64,000 nt of DNA from Akkermansia sp. Its GTDB lineage: Bacteria > Verrucomicrobiota > Verrucomicrobiia > Verrucomicrobiales > Akkermansiaceae. The DNA lies in the NCBI GenBank assembly GCA_030535875.1, contig JAUNRC010000001.1, positions 23,786 through 87,785 on the forward strand, read 5' to 3'. Positions 19,362 to 29,540 of this stretch are shown here, one piece after another (position 1 is the stretch's first letter; each line of letters starts with the position of its first letter). The notes beneath the pieces were generated by a model. It saw only the letters and a program-made list of their open reading frames with translations. It ran no database searches and was not told the origin of the DNA. The translations under genes were made by a program, and so were the position numbers.

Positions 19362-20156
19362 ATGACAACTTTCCTTACCACTCTGGCCCAATTTTCAAGC
19401 TATTACACTGACAGCGCCGGCTACATGAGCTCCGGCGGTGCTCAGAGCGGGCTCTATGGCTCCGCCTCCATCATCGGACTGGGGCTGATTCTGCTTGCCG
19501 GACTGATTGGCGGCATTGTGCAAAATCGCATGATGGCCAACATGCGCCGCTATTCTTCAGAGCCGGCACCGCTGACGGGTGCTCAGGTGGCACGCCGCAT
19601 GTTAGCACAGTACGGTTTGCATGATGTGCAAGTCACCCACACATCAGGTACCCTGACCGACCATTACAACCCGGCCAATCGCACCGTCAACCTCAGCGAT
19701 ACCGTCTATTCTCAGGCAACCGTTGCCGCCATGGCCGTTGCCGCGCATGAATGCGGCCACGCCGTTCAACACGCCAAGGCCTACCCCTGGCTTGCACTGC
19801 GCAGCGAACTGGTACCGCTTGTCAACCTCGGCTCACGTTTGGGACAAATCGTCCTCATGGTCGGACTGGCTCTGATTGCCATGGGCACGGGCACCACCGT
19901 CGCATGGATCGGGCTGGCGCTCTTTGCCACCACCACGGTCTTTGCCTTAGTCACGTTGCCGGTGGAGTTCGATGCCTCACGCCGTGCGTTGGCATGGATG
20001 GAGAGCTCCGGCCTTGCCTCACAAGCCATGCACGGACAAGCCGGAACGGCACTGCGCTGGGCAGCCATGACTTATGTTGCCGCTGCTCTCTCATCCATAG
20101 CCATGCTCGTCTACTACGTCCTCATTCTGCTCAATGCCCGGGGACGCAGCGAATAA
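19362..20156 (+). CDS. Membrane neutral zinc metallopeptidase (YugP-like)
   Basis: LTDHYNP, VAAHECGHAVQH, TLPVEFDASRRA, AAMTYVAA. Confidence 0.92.
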   Translation: MTTFLTTLAQFSSYYTDSAGYMSSGGAQSGLYGSASIIGLGLILLAGLIGGIVQNRMMANMRRYSSEPAPLTGAQVARRMLAQYGLHDVQVTHTSGTLTDHYNPANRTVNLSDTVYSQATVAAMAVAAHECGHAVQHAKAYPWLALRSELVPLVNLGSRLGQIVLMVGLALIAMGTGTTVAWIGLALFATTTVFALVTLPVEFDASRRALAWMESSGLASQAMHGQAGTALRWAAMTYVAAALSSIAMLVYYVLILLNARGRSE

Positions 20157-20182
20157 AAAATCATCACCCCATACCGACCACC

Positions 20183-20467
20183 GTGAACCGCCGTCAGTTA
20201 CTCGACCTCATCCGCGATGAACTGGGCGGCACCGCCACTCAGAGTGCCGCCGATTTGGCACTCAGTGCCGTCATCCGAGCCATTCAGGACGGTCTGCGCG
20301 AAGACGGCGAAGTCAAACTGGCCAACTTCGGCAGCTTCCGCCTGCGCCGCGTAGGCGCACGAAAATTGCTCCTTCCCGGCAGCGGCACCCCCATGCAATT
20401 ACCCGAGCGAGAAGTCCTGCGCTTCATCCCACCCCGACAAAAGGCAGCCGAAAACTCAACGGTATAG
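20183..20467 (+). CDS. HU/IHF family DNA-binding protein (divergent)
   Basis: GTG start, NRRQLLDLI...VKLANFGSF...VLRFIP in the distal part of ORF 19751-20467. Confidence 0.8.
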   Translation: MNRRQLLDLIRDELGGTATQSAADLALSAVIRAIQDGLREDGEVKLANFGSFRLRRVGARKLLLPGSGTPMQLPEREVLRFIPPRQKAAENSTV

Positions 20468-20532
20468 CCTTTTTTAAGGGAATGACACACAACAGACTTC
20501 ACAGACAATGCAAGAAAGAGGAGAATACCGCT

Positions 20533-21078
20533 ATGTCGCAAGCTCTCCGCAACCTGTTACTCTGCACTCCCTTTCTTCTTCTGATGACAGGGTGCGATGA
20601 TGCCGACACCGAAAAAAACGAGCTCAGCGGGCGCTTCACAACCGCCACCCGTCCGGCTCCCAACCCTCAGCGCGAAGCACTCGAAACCCTCATCCGCAAA
20701 GACCTCAACGTACCGACCGACCTCAAGGGAGCCCCGAAGTTCAAACCGTACAGCGAGTACAACGGCGAAGATATCCGACAGGTCACGGGAGTGTCCGGCC
20801 GCAGCCTGTTACTGGTGTTCACCGCTCCCTGGTGCAAGCACAGCGATGCCATGAAAAAGGCCCTCAAAGAATTGACCGAAATAGAAAAGGGCAACGTTCA
20901 AGTCGTGGATGTGAATGCCGATGCTTTCCCGGTGCTGGCCGAAGAGTTCGGCATTGCCAAAGTACCCACCACATTCCTGTACACCGAAGGAGTGCGACTG
21001 CGAGCCTTCGAAGGAGCCATGAGCTCTCAGGGTATACAAAATCTTATCCGTAACGTCCTCACCCGCGGCGAGGACTGA
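20533..21078 (+). CDS. Thioredoxin-fold lipoprotein (CxxS)
   Basis: Lipobox LMTGC; FTAPWCKHS, VNAD, FGIAKVPT. Confidence 0.82.
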   Translation: MSQALRNLLLCTPFLLLMTGCDDADTEKNELSGRFTTATRPAPNPQREALETLIRKDLNVPTDLKGAPKFKPYSEYNGEDIRQVTGVSGRSLLLVFTAPWCKHSDAMKKALKELTEIEKGNVQVVDVNADAFPVLAEEFGIAKVPTTFLYTEGVRLRAFEGAMSSQGIQNLIRNVLTRGED

Positions 21079-21114
21079 TAACTTTTCCGACGCTCATATC
21101 AGCAACCACCAGAA

Positions 21115-22098
21115 TTGAAAAACATGCGATTTCTCACAGGATTACAACCCAGCGGCCAACTCCACATCGGTAACTATTTCGGCGCCATTAAGCCGGCTGT
21201 CGAATTGCAGGAAAAAGGTGAAGCCTTCTACTTCATCGCCAATTACCATGCCATGACCACCATGGAGAGCGCCGCTAAGCTGAAGGAAAACACCATCAGC
21301 CTTGCCGTTGATTTCCTTGCATGCGGTCTCGACCCGAAGAAGGCAGTTCTCTTCTCCCAATCAGCCGTTCCCGAAGTGAACGAACTGGCATGGATTCTTT
21401 CAACCGTATGCCCCATGGGCCTGCTGGAGCGTTGCCATTCCTACAAAGACAAGGTTGCCAAGGGGTTCTCCCCCAGCCATGCGCTCTTTGCCTACCCGGC
21501 CCTCATGGCTGCCGACATCCTGCTTTACAACAGCGATGCCGTACCCGTAGGCAAGGACCAGAAGCAGCACCTCGAAGTCACTCGTGACCTTGCCGCTAAA
21601 ATTAACGATACTTTCGGTGCTGACATCTTCAAACTGCCCGAGGCCATCATCAGCGAAGTCACCGCCGTGGTTCCCGGTCTGGACGGTCAGAAAATGAGCA
21701 AGAGCTACGGCAACACCCTGCCCATCTTCGGCGAAGAAAAACCGCTGCGCAAGCTCATCAATAAGAAGATTGTCACCGATGCCACCCCGCTGGAAGCCCC
21801 CAAACCGACGGAGGGCTCCATCATTCTGGCCATCTACAAGCTCTTTGCCTCTGAAGAGCAATACAAGGCCATGATTGAGGCTCATCAGCGCGGCGGCGTG
21901 GGCTACGGACAGTTCAAGAAGGATGTCTTCGAGGCCTACTGGGAATATTTCCGTGCCGCACGCGAAAAGCGCGAATGGATACTTGCCAACCCCGACTATG
22001 TAACGACCGTACTCACGGACGGTGCTAACCGCGCCCGCGAAGAGGCTGCAAAGACCATGAGCCGCCTGCGCGAAGCCGTCGGTCTGATTTGGCACTAA
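21115..22098 (+). CDS. trpS: Tryptophanyl-tRNA synthetase
   Basis: GLQPSGQLHIGNY, VPVGKDQKQH, KMSKS. Confidence 0.97.
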   Translation: MKNMRFLTGLQPSGQLHIGNYFGAIKPAVELQEKGEAFYFIANYHAMTTMESAAKLKENTISLAVDFLACGLDPKKAVLFSQSAVPEVNELAWILSTVCPMGLLERCHSYKDKVAKGFSPSHALFAYPALMAADILLYNSDAVPVGKDQKQHLEVTRDLAAKINDTFGADIFKLPEAIISEVTAVVPGLDGQKMSKSYGNTLPIFGEEKPLRKLINKKIVTDATPLEAPKPTEGSIILAIYKLFASEEQYKAMIEAHQRGGVGYGQFKKDVFEAYWEYFRAAREKREWILANPDYVTTVLTDGANRAREEAAKTMSRLREAVGLIWH

Positions 22099-22907
22099 TT
22101 GATCGGAGTACCGCCTTCCGGCTCAGCTTGCGGCTCGGAGGCAGGTTGCGAAGCGGAGCGCTCCGCTTCGCTCAGGAAATGCGCGGCAGCGGTATGGCCC
22201 GCTGCTGCCGCTCGTTGCCACCATATCATGGCTTCCTGCCGATTTTGTTCGATTCCTTGGTAGCCATGATAGAGCATCATGCCATAACGGAACTGAGCCC
22301 AGGGCTCTCCTGCCTCGGCCGCCCGAATAATGCGCTCATGAAAATTGCGCAGCTCCCGTTCCTGAATATCCGGCGGCAGCTCCGACTCTCCCGGCAAGCG
22401 CTGAGACATCGGAGCGGATGAACGAGCTCCCGGCACTTCGCGCCCGGCGTAACCGATAAACCACGGCACCATGACGGCCAGACATACGCCGTAAAAAAGC
22501 ATGAACTGCAACAAGCCGCCGTCCGACTTCGTACGCAGCGCAAACAGGCGCGGTACCCGCCCCCCCGAATGCCGGCGATGGCGGCCCCGCCCACGGGCAG
22601 CCCTCCGTTCGTAAGCATGTCGAACCGACACCCGCACCCGGGAACGGGCATGAGCCATAGCGGCCAGCTCAGGCGCGTTGCTCAGGCGGGTTTGACGCTC
22701 CAACCATGCATCGTAATCAGCCCGTCTTTCGGGCTCTCCCAAAGTACGATAAGCCTCGGCAACCAGCTTAAACTTTTCCTCCGCAGCCGGATTGCCTACA
22801 TTCAAATCAGGGTGATAGCGCTTGGCCTGACGGCGATAAGCAGCCTTGAGCTCAGCAGAGCTCACCCCCTGCTCCACACCCAAAAGCTGATAATAATCCG
22901 TACGCAT
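22095..22907 (-). CDS. DnaJ-domain membrane protein with C-terminal Sel1 repeat
   Basis: DYYQLLGV...YHPDLN J-domain, TM helix, AAEAGEPWAQFRYG. Confidence 0.85.
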   Translation of the reverse strand: MRTDYYQLLGVEQGVSSAELKAAYRRQAKRYHPDLNVGNPAAEEKFKLVAEAYRTLGEPERRADYDAWLERQTRLSNAPELAAMAHARSRVRVSVRHAYERRAARGRGRHRRHSGGRVPRLFALRTKSDGGLLQFMLFYGVCLAVMVPWFIGYAGREVPGARSSAPMSQRLPGESELPPDIQERELRNFHERIIRAAEAGEPWAQFRYGMMLYHGYQGIEQNRQEAMIWWQRAAAAGHTAAAHFLSEAERSASQPASEPQAEPEGGTPIN

Positions 22908-23031
22908 GTCACCTCTGCACGCTCAGTTTAACATAAGAGGGAATAAAATCCAAATTTAATTTTCCGTTTTCAAATTATCTTTACATCCGGGGCATAACTG
23001 ATATACTGACAGGAAGAAGAATAACATCGCT

Positions 23032-23493
23032 ATGCACGTACGCCGAAGTGACAGAAGTCTGGCTTTCATTGCCCGAGGTTGCAGCCCGGGCATGGTGCTG
23101 CTCAATCTCCCGGTCATCGCTCTGATTATCCTCATCGGAGTATGTTGCGTCCACCCCTCCACAACGGCGGACATAGCGCTACTTGTCCACGGTTGCGCAC
23201 AAAAACTCGGATTGAGGCCCGAGACCCTACTCCTGCTGACCATGGTAGTCCCCATCCTGCAAGCCCTGCTCCTGCACAGTAACAGGCGGCACGGCATCGG
23301 CGGCGGAAGATGGATTATTTACTGTGCCTTTTTCTGCGCGCCGGCCATGTTTGCCGTGTTATATTACATGGGAGTCTTCCTTCTTTACAGCACCCCCATG
23401 ACGGCTCCCCCCCTCAGACAATCTTCCGACCGACCGCACAGATGTTCTGAGGGAAAACTGATTTTCGCACTTGCCCGAGCCCGAATTGTGTGA
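23032..23493 (+). CDS. Hypothetical membrane protein
   Basis: Three hydrophobic segments; TTTACA-16-TATACT promoter at 22980-23007. Confidence 0.45.
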   Translation: MHVRRSDRSLAFIARGCSPGMVLLNLPVIALIILIGVCCVHPSTTADIALLVHGCAQKLGLRPETLLLLTMVVPILQALLLHSNRRHGIGGGRWIIYCAFFCAPAMFAVLYYMGVFLLYSTPMTAPPLRQSSDRPHRCSEGKLIFALARARIV

Positions 23494-23532
23494 TTAAATA
23501 AGCGCGAACTTCTGCACGAGAGCAGAAGCAGA

Positions 23533-23665
23533 GCTCCCGGAGGCGGTGTCGATACCGCAGGAAATAGATGGGGAAGGCAGTGAAAATCTGCCGCTGTGCC
23601 GCAACCGTGTTGTCCGCTGACAAAGCATATCAGCAGGGCTCAGTCGGAATGCCAGCCGAGGAGTT
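23533..23665 (+). promoter_or_regulatory. Cobalamin riboswitch
   Basis: GGCGGTG..., GGGGAAGGCAGTGAAAATCTGCCGCTGTGCCGCAACCGTG, B12 box AGTCGGAATGCCAGCC, directly upstream of a TonB-dependent receptor. Confidence 0.88.
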
Positions 23666-23713
23666 TCGTCAGCAACGAGTGGCGTCGCACCGCTCAGTAG
23701 ACAATATAACATA

Positions 23714-25669
23714 ATGACAATACATAGAGAAGTCCTCTCCCACAGGACTTATGCAGTTGTTCTTGCCATCGCCATGGCAGGAGGGTGTGCTTATGCACAA
23801 ACGGATATTCCCGAAGTGGAACTTGCGCCCATCACCGTGAGCGCTCATGATGGTCAGGAGCGCCCGCGCGATACCACCGGAGTGAGCGTGTACGTACAGG
23901 ATGTCGAAGAACTTAAAAATGAGGGCATCTACAACCTTGCCGAAGCCATGAGCACTATCCCCGGGGTCAGTTTGCTGCCGGGCGGGGGTGAAAATCAGCG
24001 AGGCAATGTGGCGAAAGTCGCCATCCGCGGCATGAACCGCGACACGGCTATTCTCCCCATGATTGACGGCATGCGGATTTTCAACAGCGGCGGCGGAGGA
24101 CTGCTCACCGCCAACATCATGGGCCGCACCGACCTCTTCTCCATCGGCACGCTGGAAGTCCTCAAAGGCAGCCAAGGTGCCGTCTACGGCGGCGGAGCCA
24201 TGGGGGGTGTCGTCTACATGGAAACCCCGCAAGGCGATGCCGAAAAACCGCTGCTGAGCCTCTTCAATGAAGTCGGCAGCCACAACAGCTATACCGGCAA
24301 CGCCACCACTCAGGGACAACAGGACGGGCTCTCATGGTTCATCAGCAGCACCTACACCCGCAGCGATAACGACACGCGCTTTGCCGACGGCAGCCGCCCC
24401 TCAGCGCGCAATGCCGGAGAGTACGAGAGCTTCGCTGAGGCTCTGCGACTGGATTGGCAGGCCAACGAAAGCAACAAGCTCACCCTGACCTACCGGCGCG
24501 AAGATTCGGAGTTCGGCTATGTATCATCCTATTACGGAGAACATTTCTACACACCGTACAGCTTCCGCAATAATCTCGTTACACTCAAATGGCAGAGCCA
24601 ACTCAGCGAGAAATGGAGCAGCAGCCTGATGGCCGGCTACTACGGCTACGATGCCACACTGGGCCAAGGCTACACTCAGGAACTGCGCAATGTTCAATTA
24701 GAATGGCGCAACAGTTACACATGGTGTCCTCACCATACCACAAGCGCCGGATTGGCCTGGAACCGCAGCGCCTATGACTACTTCGACAGCTACTCTACGC
24801 ATAACGGCGATCATAACCTGGAAAATACCTACTCCGTCTTCGCGGAGCACATCTACTCCCCGAATGATAACTGGGACATTTCGCTGGCTGCCCGACTGGA
24901 GCACAGCAATATCTTCCGCAGCTCCCCGGCCCTGCGAGGTGCCGCCGGCTATCGGTTCGATAACAACACCACGCGACTCTTGGGCTCCGTCGGCACCGGC
25001 TACCGCTCACCGGGCTCCTTTCAACGCAGCCACGGCAAGTTCACCGGCGGCTACATGACCTACCACGGCAATCCCAATCTGAAGCAGGAAAAAAGCCTCA
25101 GCTTCGATATCGGCATCGAACAGGACCTTGCCCCGGGACATACCCTCTCGCTCACCGGATTTTGGGAACGCCTCGAAGATGCCATCTGCACCGACTACAA
25201 GGGATATAGCGATGTGTACTACCGCAATGACAGCGGGCACCAAAGAATCATCGGCTTTGAAATGGCCCTGCAAGGCACCTTCGAGAACCATTGGAACACC
25301 GGCTATAAGCTCTCATGGACCCATGCTCGACCCAAAGCGGAAGACGGTCAGCAAATCGCCTGGACCTCGCGCAACACATGGACCGCTGAGCTGCACACTT
25401 CCCCCGCGGAGGGATTCACCACCGGCGTAGGACTGACAGCCGCAACCGGTCGCAGTAACTATGAGGGAGCCACCCCCCGACGAGTGGACAACTACTACAG
25501 CCTGCGGTGGTTTGCCCGTTATGAGGTCAATGAGAAGCTCACGCTGCACCTGCGTATTGAAAATCTCACCAACCAAAAGTTCGTAACCGAAGGTAGCTTC
25601 GGGGCCCCCGGAGATGCCGCTATCTCCGCCGGAACATCCGTACACGGAGGTGTCACCATTAACTTCTGA
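23714..25669 (+). CDS. btuB: TonB-dependent receptor, BtuB-like
   Basis: Signal peptide, TonB box ITVSA, plug LEVLKGSQGAVYGGGAMGGVV, GNPNLKQE, ENLTN, terminal Phe; B12 riboswitch upstream. Confidence 0.8.
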   Translation: MTIHREVLSHRTYAVVLAIAMAGGCAYAQTDIPEVELAPITVSAHDGQERPRDTTGVSVYVQDVEELKNEGIYNLAEAMSTIPGVSLLPGGGENQRGNVAKVAIRGMNRDTAILPMIDGMRIFNSGGGGLLTANIMGRTDLFSIGTLEVLKGSQGAVYGGGAMGGVVYMETPQGDAEKPLLSLFNEVGSHNSYTGNATTQGQQDGLSWFISSTYTRSDNDTRFADGSRPSARNAGEYESFAEALRLDWQANESNKLTLTYRREDSEFGYVSSYYGEHFYTPYSFRNNLVTLKWQSQLSEKWSSSLMAGYYGYDATLGQGYTQELRNVQLEWRNSYTWCPHHTTSAGLAWNRSAYDYFDSYSTHNGDHNLENTYSVFAEHIYSPNDNWDISLAARLEHSNIFRSSPALRGAAGYRFDNNTTRLLGSVGTGYRSPGSFQRSHGKFTGGYMTYHGNPNLKQEKSLSFDIGIEQDLAPGHTLSLTGFWERLEDAICTDYKGYSDVYYRNDSGHQRIIGFEMALQGTFENHWNTGYKLSWTHARPKAEDGQQIAWTSRNTWTAELHTSPAEGFTTGVGLTAATGRSNYEGATPRRVDNYYSLRWFARYEVNEKLTLHLRIENLTNQKFVTEGSFGAPGDAAISAGTSVHGGVTINF

Positions 25670-25671
25670 GC

Positions 25672-27474
25672 GTGAGACTTCTTCGCTACATCATCATCAT
25701 GGGAGCCACAGCAGCGCTGCTGCTGTGGCTGGCCCAACTTGCCGCCGACTCGGACGAGCGGCGCAGTAACATACCCGATGAAGAACAAACAGGCGAGCCC
25801 GCACCTTACCCGACAGATTTTGAAGAACAACTCCGGCGTGAACCGCGACTCGCTATTTCTCTTCTGCCGGAAGAGCAACTACCCGCCGACCTGCCATGGC
25901 AAAACGGTCAACCGGCTCCCCCCATCGGCTCGCCGCAGGCCCGCAAAGGCGGTACCCTGCGGCTCAGCAACGTCGGTCCCTTCCCGGCAAACTTTCTGGC
26001 CTTCGGCAGCCCGACACCGCAATTCTTCCACTATAACCTCTTTACCAACATCGATATCCCCCTGGTGCGGGAACATCCCGCCACCGGGCAGGAAATCCCC
26101 GGATTGGCAGAAACATGGTGCCGCAGGGGGAACTCCCTCTTCTTCCGACTGCAAACAAAAGCGCGCTACTCCAACGGTCGCCCCGTACGAGCGCGCGACT
26201 TTGCCCTCGGCACCCTGCTGCGACTTCGCTGCGGCGACTGTACCATCGCCCAACACATCAACGCCCTGAAAATATACGGTGACAGCACGCTTGAAGTCGT
26301 CCTCGCTCACCCGCACCCCGCACCCGAACTCACCATCAGCCAACTTCTCCGCCCGGCAGAACCGGGCTTTTACCGCGACTTCGGGCAGGATTACACGCAG
26401 CGCTACGCTCAGCGTATCCCCCCCACCACAGGAGCTTACACCGTCACGGAAGTACAGCGAGGGCGGCGCATCGTACTCAGCCGCGTAGCCCATTGGTGGG
26501 CAGCCGAACTTCCCGGCTTCCGGCACACCCACAACGTCGACCGAATCGAGCACCACTTCCTGACGGACGAGGCACAAGTCTGGGAGCTCTTCCTGCGGGG
26601 CGGATTGGACCTCGTACAAACCCGCAATGTTACCGCTTGGCAAAGCAAGTTAGAAGGAGTTGCAGCCGCAGAGGATGGACGCATTGTTCAACATACGCTC
26701 GAACTCAAGCTCCCTATGCCCCCCTACGGCATCGCTTTCAACACCCGCACCCTTCCCGACCTCAATCTCCGTAAAGGGCTCATGCACGCGCTGGATATGC
26801 CGGGTGCCATTGCCACACTCTTCCGTGGCTACGCGGAACAACTTCCGCACTTTACCACAGGCTACCGACGAGCACCTCACACCTGCCCTCGCTATGACTT
26901 CAACCCGGAAAAAGCCCGAGCAGCCTTTGCCCGAGCCGGTTACACAAAACAGGGAAAAGACGGTATTCTGAGCAAAGAGGACGGCAGCCGCCTGAGGGTT
27001 CATTTTGCCTACACTCCGTCCGATAAGCTCAGCACACTCGCCACCCATCTGGTGCAGAGTGCCGCAGCCTGCGGAGCCGAGCTTGTGCTGCAACCGCAGG
27101 CTTGGCAAAATCTCGACCGTCAAGTCAGCGAAGGACAACACGAACTCATCTTCTGGGCCACCATGCCGGGCTACCCGCTGCCGAACTACGAACGATTTTT
27201 CCACTCCTCCGCACGCGGGGCAGATGCGCCCTTCCTCCTGAATGATAAGGAGATAGATGCCGCCATTGATGCCGTACAACAATCCGCAACAGCAGAACAA
27301 ACCGCTCAGGCCGTCGCCCATCTGGACCGACTTATTTTCGAGCGCGCCATCTGGCTACCGGGATGGATGGAAAATCAGGCCCTCATCGCCGCTTGGCAAC
27401 ACGTTAAGCTCCCGACGAACTACGCCGGGGTGTACGACGTAGCGGAATCGCATCAACTCCGGATTGAGCCCTGA
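25672..27474 (+). CDS. ABC transporter substrate-binding protein, family 5 (YejA-like)
   Basis: SPQARKGGTLRL, GLAETW, ARYSNGRPVRARD, PPTTGAY, FNPEKARAAFARAG. Confidence 0.85.
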   Translation: MRLLRYIIIMGATAALLLWLAQLAADSDERRSNIPDEEQTGEPAPYPTDFEEQLRREPRLAISLLPEEQLPADLPWQNGQPAPPIGSPQARKGGTLRLSNVGPFPANFLAFGSPTPQFFHYNLFTNIDIPLVREHPATGQEIPGLAETWCRRGNSLFFRLQTKARYSNGRPVRARDFALGTLLRLRCGDCTIAQHINALKIYGDSTLEVVLAHPHPAPELTISQLLRPAEPGFYRDFGQDYTQRYAQRIPPTTGAYTVTEVQRGRRIVLSRVAHWWAAELPGFRHTHNVDRIEHHFLTDEAQVWELFLRGGLDLVQTRNVTAWQSKLEGVAAAEDGRIVQHTLELKLPMPPYGIAFNTRTLPDLNLRKGLMHALDMPGAIATLFRGYAEQLPHFTTGYRRAPHTCPRYDFNPEKARAAFARAGYTKQGKDGILSKEDGSRLRVHFAYTPSDKLSTLATHLVQSAAACGAELVLQPQAWQNLDRQVSEGQHELIFWATMPGYPLPNYERFFHSSARGADAPFLLNDKEIDAAIDAVQQSATAEQTAQAVAHLDRLIFERAIWLPGWMENQALIAAWQHVKLPTNYAGVYDVAESHQLRIEP

Positions 27475-27478
27475 GAAC

Positions 27479-28195
27479 ATGACCGCCCATCCGCGACAAT
27501 CCCCGCTTGTCCCCTTACTCCTCACCCTATCAATCATGGGGATAGCAGGTGCGCTCGGCCTGCTCCGAACCTACCATCATTACTCCGAAAGCTCCACATC
27601 CGTACAAGCCTATTTCATCACCCCATCAGAGCAGCAACGGCACCACCAAGTCAACCTCCCGCCCTCAACAGCCTATTCCCCCACACCGCACCTTGCGCTC
27701 TACATTCCCCATCAGCTCCTCCCTCCACCTGAGCTGACCGAAATCCCCGACGAACTTCCGGAGCTCCATGAGCAGACCGCCGAAGCGGAAGAACTGCCGA
27801 TGCTGCCGACAAATGAGCTCACCCCTCCTCCCGCCGCCACCGCACGAACTCAAGCCAATAAACGCTCCGTCCCCGCACGCTCCACCACCGTACCACCGAC
27901 ACCGCCTGCTACGACTCAGGTCGCTACTACCCCCCCGGCCTACCTGCATACCCCGCCACCCGATTATCCTGCCGCCCTGCGCAGCAGCCGTCGCAGCGGT
28001 AGTGTCCGCGTGCGCATCCACATCAATCAACAGGGGCTCCCCGTGGCCGTCGACATCCTATCCGACGCTCATCCCCAATTCATTGCAGCAGCCCGCAAGC
28101 GCATCCTCTCCTCCTGGAAATTCCGCCCCGCAACCCGCAACGGCAAAGCAATAGAATCCGCCGTGACAACCACCATTCATTTCACGCTCCGATAA
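27479..28195 (+). CDS. tonB: TonB family energy transducer
   Basis: N-terminal TM, Pro-rich spacer, PPPDYP...GSVRVRIHI...WKFRPATRNG. Confidence 0.85.
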   Translation: MTAHPRQSPLVPLLLTLSIMGIAGALGLLRTYHHYSESSTSVQAYFITPSEQQRHHQVNLPPSTAYSPTPHLALYIPHQLLPPPELTEIPDELPELHEQTAEAEELPMLPTNELTPPPAATARTQANKRSVPARSTTVPPTPPATTQVATTPPAYLHTPPPDYPAALRSSRRSGSVRVRIHINQQGLPVAVDILSDAHPQFIAAARKRILSSWKFRPATRNGKAIESAVTTTIHFTLR

Positions 28196-28252
28196 GCCGA
28201 ATAAGGAACTTCATTTTTCTCGATTGCAGTGAAATTAACATGAATTTCCTGC

Positions 28253-28281
28253 TTGACGTACAACAGGCAAAGTGCTAGAGT
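28253..28281 (+). promoter_or_regulatory. Sigma70 promoter of atp operon
   Basis: TTGACG-17-TAGAGT with TG extension. Confidence 0.65.
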
Positions 28282-28294
28282 AAAAGAAGTGACG

Positions 28295-29143
28295 ATGAAG
28301 AGCATTGTACAAAATTTGACTGCGATGGCCTTGCTTGCCGGTGGGTTGGCAGGGGCGGAGGAGCACCATGAAGGGCTGACAATGAATGCCCCGGTACTGT
28401 GGAGCATAGATATCCCGTTCTGGGAGGGGCACTCCATTCCGATTAACAATTCCCTGATTATGTATAGCTTGGCCGTGCTGGTACTCGTCATCGTACTGCG
28501 CTTGGCCACGCGCAAGATGGAGCGCATACCCTACGGACTGCAAAACTTTGTGGAATGGGTGTTCGAGACACTCTATACCTTCATCGAAGGACTGGCCGGC
28601 AAAAAGCTCACCAAGAAGTACTTCTGGTACTTTGCCACCGTATTCCTGCTCATTCTGACAAGCAATTACATGGGGCTCATCCCCGGTGTGGGTGAGATTA
28701 CCTACAACGGCACACCGCTCTTCCGCGGTGCCAATGCCGACCTCAACGTCACACTCTTTCTGGGCTTCCTCTACGCCATTCTGTGGTTCATCTGGTGCAT
28801 CCGAGAACAAGGTATCGGTCACTTCCTCAGCCACATCTTCGGAGTGAAAGGCGGGCTGACAGGTTTCCTGAAATATGCGCTCATGCCCATCTTCTTCTTC
28901 GTCGGCCTCATTGAGCTGCTCTCCATCTGCGTGCGCCCGGTGGCACTGGCAGCCCGACTCTTCGGTAACATCTACGCCGGCGAGGCTATTCTGGAGAAAA
29001 TGGGAGCCATCGGCTGGTACGCCATGCTGCCGTTCATGTGCATGGAACTGCTTGTAGGCTTCGTACAGGCTCTGGTATTCCTCATGCTCACGGCTCTCTT
29101 CCTCAAGACCCAAGTGGGTGGCGATGAAGAAGCTGCACACTAA
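28295..29143 (+). CDS. atpB: F0 ATP synthase subunit a
   Basis: RPVALAARLFGNIYAGE, ELLVGFVQALVF; start is ATG 28295 or in-frame GTG 28289. Confidence 0.95.
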   Translation: MKSIVQNLTAMALLAGGLAGAEEHHEGLTMNAPVLWSIDIPFWEGHSIPINNSLIMYSLAVLVLVIVLRLATRKMERIPYGLQNFVEWVFETLYTFIEGLAGKKLTKKYFWYFATVFLLILTSNYMGLIPGVGEITYNGTPLFRGANADLNVTLFLGFLYAILWFIWCIREQGIGHFLSHIFGVKGGLTGFLKYALMPIFFFVGLIELLSICVRPVALAARLFGNIYAGEAILEKMGAIGWYAMLPFMCMELLVGFVQALVFLMLTALFLKTQVGGDEEAAH

Positions 29144-29226
29144 CCCCCTTCCCGCCGCGCCGGATCATGCAGCAAAGACGTGACGGCAGGCAGAAGAAAA
29201 ACTAAACAACAAACACACATCACATT

Positions 29227-29451
29227 ATGCTCGAAACACTCGCTCAGGCAGCCTCCGCCGCTGCCGACCTCACCCCCCTGAAGTCCGCTCTGGCCGTTCT
29301 CGGTGCCGGTCTCGGCATCGGTCTCATCGGTATGAAAGCCGCTGAGTCCGCCGGTCGCAATCCCGGTGCCTTCTCTCAGGTGCTCATCATCTCCATTATT
29401 CTTGCCGCTCTTGTTGAAGGTGTGGCATTCGTAGCCATCTTCATGGGCTAA
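29227..29451 (+). CDS. atpE: F0 ATP synthase subunit c
   Basis: GAGLGIGLIG, GRNP loop, ALVEG carboxylate. Confidence 0.95.
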   Translation: MLETLAQAASAAADLTPLKSALAVLGAGLGIGLIGMKAAESAGRNPGAFSQVLIISIILAALVEGVAFVAIFMG

Positions 29452-29540
29452 AAGCCCGCTAACCGGCGGTGCCGCGGAGAACGGCACCGCCGCTTATCCT
29501 CATTCTCCCGTTCCACTTTCATCCCCCAATCATTCACATC

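Noticed and set aside
29227-29451. Na+-translocating ATP synthase
   Set aside because: Subunit c has VEG and lacks the Gln...Glu-Ser/Thr Na+-binding signature; consistent with an H+ type
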